A stretch of 55,905 nucleotides of DNA from Candidatus Krumholzibacteriia bacterium. Its GTDB lineage: Bacteria > Krumholzibacteriota > Krumholzibacteriia > LZORAL124-64-63. Location of the stretch: assembly GCA_046484865.1 (NCBI GenBank), contig JAWOID010000046.1, positions 1 to 55,905 of the forward strand, given 5' to 3'. The notes below the pieces were generated by a model. It was not told the origin of the DNA. It ran no database searches and was given only the letters and a program-made list of their open reading frames with translations. The position numbers and the translations under genes are program-made. Of the stretch, positions 19,752 through 30,725 are shown one piece after another; position 1 is the stretch's first letter, and every line of letters starts with the position of its first letter.

Positions 19752-20909
19752 GGCCGCGGGTGGACCACGCGGCATCGGCCGCGTCCGCGGCTCCGCCGCC
19801 CCCGGCCCCGGCATCGGGAGCCGGGCGGAGCGGCGAGGTGGTGACCGCGGGAGCGCCGCGCACGGCCTCCACGGCCTCCATGAGGGTCGCGACGTCCACG
19901 CGCTCGCCCCGGCTGACCCGCAGCACGCGGCAGTGGCGCCGCCCGCGCGGCTCCCAGTCCTTCCCGTCGCCGGGGGTGAAGAACCCGACGCTGGGCACCC
20001 CGAGCGCCACCGCGAAGTGGAAGAGGTCGGTGTTGCCGGCCAGGAAGAGATCGCACTGGGACAGCAGCAGCACCGTCTCCATGAGCGTATCGCGGGCCAG
20101 TCCCGGCGGAACGTCGCCGACGCTGCGCTCGAACTCCCGCAGGCGGTCCTGGTTGTCCGGGTCGGAGAGCGGCAGGAACCGGCAACGTGCCTGCGTGGCC
20201 AGTTGCCGCGTGAGGAAGAGCAGGTTCTGCTGGGCGATGCCGTGACCCGTCTTGCCGAGCCCGGGGTCGATCCCCACCAGGAGCTGGGAGCGGTCGGGTT
20301 TGTTGAAGTGTACCAGGCGCGCGCACTGCCGGCGGCGGTCTTCCGGGAGAGGCCAGCCGGACTCCAGCCGCTCCGACGCCAGCCCCAGGAAGGGCGCCAG
20401 CGGCCCCAGCCGGTCGCCGCGGTACACGTCGCCGTCCGCCATGCTGCGCAGCTCGACGTTGACGGTCGGGTAAGCCGTCTCGTGGGAGGGGCCCAGACGC
20501 AGGACCGCACCGCTCGCCAGGCAGGCAAGTTCGAGCTCGGCGTGGGCATCCATGCTCATGAGCACCGCGACGTCGTAGCCGGGCTTCCCCAGGCTGCGCA
20601 GCAACGAGCCGTAGGACGGTCGCCACGGCTTGAGTTGCTGGGGCTTGTAGACCAGGCATTGCCGCGCGAGCCCGCTGGGCACCACCAGGGGCGCGTGGTT
20701 CTCCGGCAGCAGGAAGTCGATGCTGGCTCCGGGGTAGCGGCGCCGGATGGCCGCGAGCAGCGGGATGTAGAAGAGCATCTCCGCCAGGTCGCCGACGTCG
20801 ATCGCCAGGACGCGGGCACCGTCCGTCACGGTTCCGGGCAGGCGGAAGGGCGCGTCCTTCTGGCGGCGCAGGAACGGGCGCATGAGGGTGGTCAGGGTCC
20901 GGTGTTCGG

Positions 20910-20913
<4 letters not shown>
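19744..20913 (-). CDS. Divergent GT9-family protein
   Basis: GT9 layout (IRRRYPGASIDFL; LSQCDLFLAGNTDLFHFAVALGVPSVGFF) with altered core motifs; GTG overlaps the lon stop. Confidence 0.75.
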
Positions 20914-23375
<2,462 letters not shown>

Positions 23376-23453
23376 GGATCCGCTCCTTCGGCTCTGCCGG
23401 CAGCCGTCCGGCCGGTGCACCACCGCCCCGGTCCGCCGCGGCAGCTCCTTCGC

Positions 23454-23888
23454 TCAGGAATCGATCTGCACGCGACGACGAACGCTCTGCCGGGTCCGCC
23501 CCTTGCGGAAGGTGACGTACAGGAACCCGCCCCGGTAGCGCGCCACCGCGCTGTCGGGATCCACCTCGATGCCGATGGGGATGCGCCGGACGAAGGGCCC
23601 GACGTTGATCTCCATCTTGTGGAAGTGCTTCTTCCCCGGTCCGTTGACGTCCTGCCGGATGCCGCGGACCAGCAGCGCGTCGCCGTCGGTGACCACCTCG
23701 ATCTGGGCGGGGTCGATGCCCGCCAGATCCATCTGCACGACGAAGCTGTCCTCGGTCTCGTAGGCGTCGGTGGCCGGTCGCCAGCACAGTTCGCCCTCGG
23801 CCGGCATGGCGCCACCGCGCTGCCCGTACGAGGACACCAGGATCTCGAAGATCTCCTCGAGATCGCTCATGCGATCGCGATGCTTCAT
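23454..23888 (-). CDS. Hsp20/alpha-crystallin family small heat-shock protein
   Basis: WRPATDAYET, DLAGIDP, GPFVRRIPI, ARYRGGFLYV. Confidence 0.88.
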   Translation of the reverse strand: MKHRDRMSDLEEIFEILVSSYGQRGGAMPAEGELCWRPATDAYETEDSFVVQMDLAGIDPAQIEVVTDGDALLVRGIRQDVNGPGKKHFHKMEINVGPFVRRIPIGIEVDPDSAVARYRGGFLYVTFRKGRTRQSVRRRVQIDS

Positions 23889-24021
23889 CGCCTGCTCTCT
23901 CCCGCGTCCGCGAGAATGTCCCGACCGCCCAGAACAGGATGCTAACCAGCGCACAGGAGGCCGTCAACCCGGGCGCCCCCGCATCGACGAGCGTCACCGC
24001 CATCGCCGCCGGGCGGTCCGG

Positions 24022-24639
24022 TCACCCGGCCGCGAAGCGCCGCAACACCCCGATGACCACGCCCTGCACCCGGACGCGCTCCTCCGGGTACTCCAGCACG
24101 GGCACGGCGGGGTTGGCGGGCCGCAACTCGATCCGGGAGCCGCGGCGGTGGTACTGCTTGAGGGTGACCGATTCCCCGTCCACCAGGGCGATCACCGTCT
24201 CGCCTTCCCGGGCACTGTCGCGCTCCTCGACCACAACGATGTCGCCGTCGCGAATCTGCTCGTCGATCATGGAGTCGCCGCGCACACGCAGCGCGAACGT
24301 CCGGTTACGGCCGAGCCAGGCCTCGGGCAGCACGATCTCCTCGGCATCGCGCAAGGCCTCGATCGGCCGGCCGGCGGCCACGCTGCCCAGGAGGGCCACC
24401 CGGCATCCATTGCCGCTGCCCTCGTGCCGGCGCACCACTTCCAGGTCGCGGCTGGCATTGCGCCGCTCCCGGCGCAGATAGCCCTTGGTGACCAGGTGGC
24501 CGACGTGCTTGTGCACCGTGGCCACGGACGACAGCGCGAACCGCCGCCCGATCTCCTGCAGGGTGGGAGCGTAGCCACGCTCCTCGCAGTAATCCGTGAT
24601 GTAGGCGAGAATCTCCGCCTGGCGCGGCGTCAAGCTCAT
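24022..24639 (-). CDS. lexA: LexA repressor
   Basis: LTPRQAEIL wHTH, VAAGRP Ala-Gly cleavage site, GDSM (Ser), VTLK (Lys). Confidence 0.96.
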   Translation of the reverse strand: MSLTPRQAEILAYITDYCEERGYAPTLQEIGRRFALSSVATVHKHVGHLVTKGYLRRERRNASRDLEVVRRHEGSGNGCRVALLGSVAAGRPIEALRDAEEIVLPEAWLGRNRTFALRVRGDSMIDEQIRDGDIVVVEERDSAREGETVIALVDGESVTLKQYHRRGSRIELRPANPAVPVLEYPEERVRVQGVVIGVLRRFAAG

Positions 24640-24732
24640 GGTCATCTCTCCCATCGGAATCCCCCCGTCCCGACACGGGCCCGGCCAGCGGCTCGGCGTC
24701 CACGCCGCAGGCGGGCCACGTGCGCCCCCGAC

Positions 24733-24761
24733 AGCATCGGAGAAAATCCAGCGAAAGTCCA
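24733..24761 (-). promoter_or_regulatory. lexA promoter with a candidate direct-repeat SOS box
   Basis: TGGACT-N17-GATGCT; TTTC-N7-TTTC (24742-24756) lies between the -35 and -10. Confidence 0.6.
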
Positions 24762-24769
24762 GCACGAAA

Positions 24770-25702
24770 TCAGCGGCCGGTCCATCCCGGCGGCGTCGAC
24801 GCCCGCGTCCGGCCGTGGCGCAGGAGATCCTCGACCTCGTCCGCCTCCGGCAGGGCGCTGCGGCCGCCCCACCCCCGGCACTTGAGCGCCGCAGCCGCCG
24901 CTCCGAAGCGCAGGCATTCCAGCCAGGGTCGCCCCTGGGCCAGGGCGAACGCATAGCCGGCGTGGAACACGTCGCCGGCGCCGGTGGTGTCGCGAACCGG
25001 CACCGCGAAGGCCGGTACGTGCACCATGCCGTCGCCGTCGAGCGCCAGGCAGCCGTCGGCGCCGAAGGTCATCGCCACGTGGCGGGGTCCCAGGTCGCGC
25101 ACGATCCGCAGCGCCGACTCCGGCTCGCCACAGCCCGTCAACTCCGGAGCGAAGCGCGTGGACGAGATCACGTCGGTGCAGGCGGACACCAAGCCCCGCA
25201 CACCGGGACGCACCGAGCCCGCGTCCATCACGACCGGCAAGCCGAGTCGTCGCGCCGCCCGCGCGAGTACCGTGGCCGCAGAGATCTCGTGACCGTCGCA
25301 GTAGAAGAGGTCCACCCCGTGCAACCACTCCTCGCGCACCTGGTCCACCGGAAACGCAGGCAGCGCGCCACGGGTCCAGAGGATGGCACGCTCCTCGGAC
25401 GCCGTGTCGGCGAGGCTGACCGCGCGCGGCGCTGCGCAGCCGGGCGCCTGGATCGAGGGTCCGAGGTCGACACCGGCCGATTCCAGCTCGCCGCGCTGCC
25501 AGAGCGCCCCGGGATCGTCCCCGAGTACGGTCGCCAGCCGCACCTCGGCGCCGAGCCGGGCCAGGGCCACGGCTGCGGTGGCTCCCGGTCCGCCGCCACC
25601 CAGATGGATGGCCTCGACCTCGAGCTTGCTGTCGGGTCGCGGCAGTCCGCGGAGGGCCACCACGACGTCGAACGCATTGTAGCCGAGCACCAGGACGCGC
25701 AC
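24770..25702 (-). CDS. PfkB-family carbohydrate kinase
   Basis: GGGPGATAAVALARLG, DTTGAGDVFHAG. Confidence 0.93.
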   Translation of the reverse strand: MRVLVLGYNAFDVVVALRGLPRPDSKLEVEAIHLGGGGPGATAAVALARLGAEVRLATVLGDDPGALWQRGELESAGVDLGPSIQAPGCAAPRAVSLADTASEERAILWTRGALPAFPVDQVREEWLHGVDLFYCDGHEISAATVLARAARRLGLPVVMDAGSVRPGVRGLVSACTDVISSTRFAPELTGCGEPESALRIVRDLGPRHVAMTFGADGCLALDGDGMVHVPAFAVPVRDTTGAGDVFHAGYAFALAQGRPWLECLRFGAAAAALKCRGWGGRSALPEADEVEDLLRHGRTRASTPPGWTGR

Positions 25703-25868
25703 GCGGGCTCCCCCGTGACCTATGCTGACCGCCGCCGGGAACACCCCGGGACCGTGGCAGCGCCGGCCGGTCCGCGCCTCCTTGTGATGGCGGCGCCGGA
25801 CATGCTAGGTTCGGCGCACGTCACCCGGCCGCGGGCACCCGCACCGGCCCAGCCCAGGAAGGTACCAC

Positions 25869-26213
25869 ATGCCCGACTGCCTGTTCTGCAAGATTGCCGC
25901 GGGAGAGATCCCCGCCGACCAGGTGGCCGCCGACGACCACCTGCTGGCATTCCGTGACATCGATCCCCAGGCACCGGTCCACGTGCTCATCATCCCGCGA
26001 CGGCACATCCCGTCGGTGGCCGCGCTGCAGGATACGGACGGGGAGATCATGGGACGGCTCATGACTGCCGCACGCGACATCGCCCACCGCGAGGGGGTGG
26101 CCGAGCGCGGCTTCCGCGTCGTGATCAACAGCGGCTCCGCAGGGGGCCAGTCGGTCGATCACCTGCACGTTCACCTGCTGGGGGGCCGTCGAATGGGCTG
26201 GCCGCCGGGCTGA
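25869..26213 (+). CDS. hinT: HIT family nucleotide-binding protein (HinT-like)
   Basis: CLFCKI, AFRDIDPQAPVH, GQSVDHLHVHLLGG. Confidence 0.9.
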   Translation: MPDCLFCKIAAGEIPADQVAADDHLLAFRDIDPQAPVHVLIIPRRHIPSVAALQDTDGEIMGRLMTAARDIAHREGVAERGFRVVINSGSAGGQSVDHLHVHLLGGRRMGWPPG

Positions 26214-26296
26214 GGCTCCGCCGCTCGGGAACGGCCGCCGCGCTCGCCGGTGCCCCCACCACCGGCCGCGGGCCGCGCCGTCAATCGATCGAGCCG

Positions 26297-26983
26297 TCAA
26301 TCGACCGAGTAGACGCCGCGTCCCACGCGCTTGATGTTCTCGCTGGTCGACAGCGTGCGGCGCAGCACGTTGTCGAAGTTGCGGGCGCGGGTCTGGTACA
26401 GCCCCCCCTCGAGGATGGCACCGAGGATCTCCTGGTAAGGCATGGTTCCCCCGTGCCGTCGGATGAGATCCGCCACCACGTCCTCGAGCCGCGGCTGCCC
26501 GTCGCGACCCCGCCGCGCCGCCGCGGCAGGCGCCGGTCGGGCCGCCTTCTTACCCGCCTTCCGTCCGACCTTCTTGCCGGCACCGCGCCCGCGCGCAGCG
26601 GCCTTCTTCTTCGCCGGCCGCTTGGCCGTCTTCTTGGCGGTCTTCTTGGCGGCCTTCGCGGTCTTCTTGGCGGTCCGCTTGCCCGTCTTCTTCGCTGCCT
26701 TGCGCGCGGTCTTCTTCGCCGCCTTCCCGGTGGTCCGCTTCTTCCGAACCGCCTTCTTGCGCGCAGGTGCCGCGGCCTCTCCCGCCGCGGCGGTCTTCTT
26801 ACCCGTTCCGAGCTTGCCGGCCGCGGTGAACAGACGCTCGAGCTCCTGGTCGACGCTGGCGAGCTGGCGCTCGAGCTCGGCCTTACGGAACTCGAGGTCC
26901 TCGATCTTCTCCTTGAAGGCCTCGAGTCGCTTGATGGCAGCGATGCTGGGGTCGGAAAGTATGGTACCGGTACGAGCGCTCAT
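26297..26983 (-). CDS. Candidate nucleoid-associated protein: coiled coil + Lys/Ala-rich repeats + C-terminal winged HTH
   Basis: N-terminal heptads, KKTA/KAAKK repeats, C-terminal LEDVVADLIRRHGGTMPYQEIL...IKRVGRGVYS. Confidence 0.75.
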   Translation of the reverse strand: MSARTGTILSDPSIAAIKRLEAFKEKIEDLEFRKAELERQLASVDQELERLFTAAGKLGTGKKTAAAGEAAAPARKKAVRKKRTTGKAAKKTARKAAKKTGKRTAKKTAKAAKKTAKKTAKRPAKKKAAARGRGAGKKVGRKAGKKAARPAPAAAARRGRDGQPRLEDVVADLIRRHGGTMPYQEILGAILEGGLYQTRARNFDNVLRRTLSTSENIKRVGRGVYSVD

Positions 26984-27026
26984 GTTCACCCCTTCCGTGG
27001 GAGATGGGTCCGCGAGGATTGGCCAG

Positions 27027-27055
27027 ACCATATTCAATATTTGTCATGATGTCAA
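27027..27055 (-). promoter_or_regulatory. Near-consensus sigma70 promoter of the histone-like gene
   Basis: TTGACA-N17-TATGGT with an AT-rich spacer. Confidence 0.75.
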
Positions 27056-27164
27056 CGCGTCGCACTGACGCCGGTAGCGCGACCGCCGACCGGTCGGCGC
27101 TGTCATCTCTGGCGAAGGCCGCGCCGGGGGGTATCGGCTGCCGTGCGGAGAAACGGTGGCAGGG

Positions 27165-28859
27165 TCACTGCGATTCGTATGAGGTGAGCGGAAAGCCCTG
27201 CGGCAACCGGCGCACGAGCCGCAGGACGCGCCGCTCGTCGGCACTGAGCGCATTCTCCGCGCCCACCTCCGCGAAGGTCCCGTCGGGAATGGGATCCATG
27301 AGGTGGCAGTGCTCCCAGCTACCGCCGCAGCTGCTGTGGTCGGAGATACCGAGCGCGTGCCCGAACTCGTGGGTCATGATCTCGAGCGCGTAACGGAAGT
27401 TGCCGTTGCGGCCCAGGTCGGGTTCCAGCATCACCATGATGACGCGGGGAACCGCCAGGCCGAGGTCGGCGTTGGGAGGATCGATCAGCACGGCCTCACC
27501 CGCATTTCCCGGGCGCAGATCGAAGATGATCCCCAGCGCCGGAGGCGATGCGACGCGCACCACGTAATCTTCACCGAGCCATGAGTTCCAGAGCGTGATC
27601 GCCGAGTCGGCGACGGCGGCGAGGTCCACGGTCTGGTCGTCGTTCATCATGGTGTCCTCGGGGATCCACACCGGCACCGGGAAGCTCTCCCACCGGTGCA
27701 ACTGGACGTTACCGGAGTGGGCGCCGTCCGTCCTGGTCAGGTCACGGAAGAACCGGATGAACCTGTCGCCGTAGGCACCGAAGCAGCACGCGTCGGTACC
27801 GGTGCCCTCGGCATCCACACCGTACCGGCGGATCAGCATCAACTCCACCGGCTGCGGCGTCCCGATCCCGATCGAGTCGGCCCGATCGGGGTGAGCGACC
27901 AGATCGTAATATGATGCCCGACCGGGCACCGGCGGTTCGTCGTCATGGGTGAGCGTGGTCAGCAGGAACTTCTGGAAGTCGTGGAACGGACCCATCTCGA
28001 AGGAACCGTCGCTCGCGGCGGTCACCTTGCAGACGTCGCATCCGTAGGCCACCGTCGCACCTGCCACCGGTGCACCGGTGTCGTCGCGTACGTAACCGCT
28101 GATCAGGTAGGGCGCGCTGACGCGCAGTCTCTCGTTCTGTGTCTCTGCCAGCGGCGAGAGCCGGCCGGTCACGTCCTGTGCCCGCACGGCGAACCAGGCA
28201 TCCTCGCCCGGTCGCAGACCGTCGGCGGCAGTCAAGGCGACGCTCTGCAGCGAACCGGTGGTGCCGTAAGGAACCTCGCGCATGCCATCGGCTGTCGACC
28301 AGTTGGTGTCGACCAGCGCACCCGCATGGGAAACGCCGACCAGGAAACGCTCCAGCGGGGTGGGCAGCGACGTGGACGACGGCCGATCCCAGGTCAGGAC
28401 CACCGACGTCGGTGCGGCGCCGTGACGCACCGAGAGTCCGGTGACCGCGGGGGGACGCCCCTCGGGATCCGTCTGGACGTCGATGCGCCAGTGGTGGCTC
28501 TCGGTCCGATCCCCCATGGTCGCGATCGCCGTGAGGCTATCCGGCCCCAGACGGTCGGCCACGTAGACATACTCGCGGCTGGACGCGACCAGTTGATCGC
28601 CGCGCCGGAACTCCACCCGTGGATCGATGCCGGCCCCGGGCAGGACGCGGAAGGTCGTCTGGCTCAGCAGGAGAAGGTCGAGATGCTCGGCGGCCGGCTG
28701 GAAGTTCACGATCGTGTCTTCGTTGGGATCGGTGCTGGACGAGCACGCCACCAGGACGGCCAGAGCGGCCAGGAGAGCGCCCGCGACGAGTCGCCGGATC
28801 GCCCCCGGCCGCCGGGTCCCCGCCGGGACGGACCTCGATATCCGGTGCTTGCTCATCAT
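27165..28859 (-). CDS. Lipoprotein with FN3/carboxypeptidase-regulatory-like domains and a C-terminal metzincin (matrixin-like) protease
   Basis: LVAC lipobox; HEFGHALGISDH zinc motif and HLMDP Met-turn. Confidence 0.8.
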   Translation of the reverse strand: MMSKHRISRSVPAGTRRPGAIRRLVAGALLAALAVLVACSSSTDPNEDTIVNFQPAAEHLDLLLLSQTTFRVLPGAGIDPRVEFRRGDQLVASSREYVYVADRLGPDSLTAIATMGDRTESHHWRIDVQTDPEGRPPAVTGLSVRHGAAPTSVVLTWDRPSSTSLPTPLERFLVGVSHAGALVDTNWSTADGMREVPYGTTGSLQSVALTAADGLRPGEDAWFAVRAQDVTGRLSPLAETQNERLRVSAPYLISGYVRDDTGAPVAGATVAYGCDVCKVTAASDGSFEMGPFHDFQKFLLTTLTHDDEPPVPGRASYYDLVAHPDRADSIGIGTPQPVELMLIRRYGVDAEGTGTDACCFGAYGDRFIRFFRDLTRTDGAHSGNVQLHRWESFPVPVWIPEDTMMNDDQTVDLAAVADSAITLWNSWLGEDYVVRVASPPALGIIFDLRPGNAGEAVLIDPPNADLGLAVPRVIMVMLEPDLGRNGNFRYALEIMTHEFGHALGISDHSSCGGSWEHCHLMDPIPDGTFAEVGAENALSADERRVLRLVRRLPQGFPLTSYESQ

Positions 28860-28865
28860 GGGCTC

Positions 28866-28894
28866 AATTTACGGAGCGGAGGCATCCTCGCCAA
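28866..28894 (-). promoter_or_regulatory. Sigma70 promoter, probably leaderless
   Basis: TTGGCG-N17-TAAATT, 6 nt before the ATG at 28859; no SD. Confidence 0.5.
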
Positions 28895-28920
28895 GCCCCC
28901 CGAGAGTCGGCCCGCGGGCG

Positions 28921-30597
28921 TCACCGGCCCTGCGAGGCATACTTTCGATCGGCGGGAGCGATCCACCACTCGACGAGGTTGTTGTAGGGCGACAGCACGT
29001 GCGGCCGCGCGTCCCGGATGCGCCGATTCACCCCGACGAGCACGTCGGGATAGTAGAGGTAAGCCGCCGGCGGGTCGGCGGCCACCTCCTCCTGGAGCCG
29101 GCGCCAGACCGGCAGGGCCGCAGCGCGATCGGTCTCGCCGAGGGCGACCGCCAGCAGCGAGTCGACGACCGCGCTGGCGTAGCCGCCGTAGTTGAAGCGC
29201 CCGGACTCGCCCGCCAGCAGCAGGGACGACGGGTCACCGAGCAGGTTCTGCGAGAAATGCCCCAGGTAGGCGTCGAAGCGCCGCTCGCGGACCCGGTCGA
29301 GGCCGGCCGCATGCTCCATGACCCGCAGTTGCAGATCGATCCCGACCGCCGCCAGGTTGTCGCGCAGGATCACGGCGCCGTTCTCGCGCACGGGGTCGCC
29401 CTTGCGCGTGATCAGTTCGAAGGACAGTCGCTCACCCGCGCGCTCGCGCACTCCGTCTCCGTCGAGGTCCGCCCAGCCGGCGGCCGCGAGCAGGCTCTCC
29501 GCCCGCGCCGGCGCGTGGGGGTCGGGCAGCAGATCCGCGTGATGGTTCCAGACCGCGGGCGGCAGCGGCGATCCGGCCGGCCGGCCGTAGCCGTGGAGCA
29601 GGCCGTCCACGAGCCGCTCGCGATCGATGGCCAGCGAGATGGCGCGGCGCACCCGTGCATCGCGGAAGAGCGGGCGGTCGAAGTTGTAGCTGACGTAGCC
29701 GTAGACCCGCCCCGTGACCCGGTGCACCTCGATCCCGGTCCCTGCGGCCAGGCGCGCCGCCGCCTGTGGCGGCAGCTCTTCGACCACGTCCACGTCACCC
29801 GCCTCGAGCGCCAGGAACCGCGCGGTCTCGTCCGGGATGATCCGGAACACGATGCGATCGAGCAACGGTCCCGCCAGCGGGTAGCGCGGATTGGGTTCGA
29901 GCACGATCTCGGCCCCCGCCTTCCAGCGCTGCAGCCGGAACGGCCCGCTCGCCAGCGGTCGCCGGTTCAGCGGCCAGGCGCGCACGTCCGCGGGATCGAG
30001 ATGGTCGACCCGGTGGGCCGGCAAAATCGCGTGCACCGTCCGCCAGAGGGGGTCGAGCTGGGGGCCGTCGAGATCGAACCGGACGGTGGCGGAGTCGAGG
30101 GCGACGGCCCCGAGGACCGAGCGATAGAGCCCCGCCCGGGGGCTGGCCACCACCGGATCGCGGAACAGCTCGAAGCTGCGCACGATGTCGCGCGCGGTGA
30201 GCGACGCTCCATCCTCCCAGACCCAGGGCCGCAGGTGGAACGTCACCGACAGTCCATCGGCGGCCACGTCCCATCCCGAGGCGATGCGCGGCTGCCACGC
30301 GTATTCCTCGTCCATCTCGGCGAGCCCGTCCTGGACCAGGGCGAGGATCTGTCCGCTGTACGCCGACGTGCTGACGAGGGAGTTGAGCACGTCCGGCTCC
30401 GCAGGCAGGGCGATGACCACCGTGCCGCCGTGCCGACTCTCGTCGGTGCCGCGCTGCTCGTTCGCTTCCTGATCGCAGGCACCCGACAGCGCCACCGCCA
30501 CGAGCGCGAGCACGGCGCCGATACGCAAACCCAGGCGTCCCGCTGCTCCCGGACGGCCCCATCGTTCGCCTGGCCGCGGATCCTCCCGGTGCGCCAT
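28921..30597 (-). CDS. ABC transporter peptide/nickel substrate-binding lipoprotein (family 5)
   Basis: LSGAC lipobox; WEDGASLTARD, SGPFRL, VRRAISLAIDRE. Confidence 0.9.
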   Translation of the reverse strand: MAHREDPRPGERWGRPGAAGRLGLRIGAVLALVAVALSGACDQEANEQRGTDESRHGGTVVIALPAEPDVLNSLVSTSAYSGQILALVQDGLAEMDEEYAWQPRIASGWDVAADGLSVTFHLRPWVWEDGASLTARDIVRSFELFRDPVVASPRAGLYRSVLGAVALDSATVRFDLDGPQLDPLWRTVHAILPAHRVDHLDPADVRAWPLNRRPLASGPFRLQRWKAGAEIVLEPNPRYPLAGPLLDRIVFRIIPDETARFLALEAGDVDVVEELPPQAAARLAAGTGIEVHRVTGRVYGYVSYNFDRPLFRDARVRRAISLAIDRERLVDGLLHGYGRPAGSPLPPAVWNHHADLLPDPHAPARAESLLAAAGWADLDGDGVRERAGERLSFELITRKGDPVRENGAVILRDNLAAVGIDLQLRVMEHAAGLDRVRERRFDAYLGHFSQNLLGDPSSLLLAGESGRFNYGGYASAVVDSLLAVALGETDRAAALPVWRRLQEEVAADPPAAYLYYPDVLVGVNRRIRDARPHVLSPYNNLVEWWIAPADRKYASQGR

Positions 30598-30646
30598 CGT
30601 CCTCCTCTCGGCGCCGCGTGGATCTTCGTTCCCCGAACCAAGTGCG

Positions 30647-30672
30647 GGCGGCCCCACACGGGTGGGGCCGCC
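30647..30672. terminator. Perfect 11-bp hairpin (terminator of the C25 gene or 5' stem of the SBP mRNA)
   Basis: GGCGGCCCCAC-acgg-GTGGGGCCGCC. Confidence 0.55.
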
Positions 30673-30683
30673 GCTATGTTTCG

Positions 30684-30712
30684 ATGGTAGGCCCCGCCGA
30701 CGCCTGCGTCAA
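30684..30712 (-). promoter_or_regulatory. Sigma70 promoter of the SBP gene
   Basis: TTGACG-N17-TACCAT. Confidence 0.6.
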
Positions 30713-30725
30713 ATCGGGCGCCGGC

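Noticed and set aside
13175..20549. Apparent long fusion ORFs in the track (853, 653, 793, 643 aa)
   Set aside because: N-terminal parts are off-frame read-through of the upstream genes; true starts lie at the (A/G)TGA overlaps
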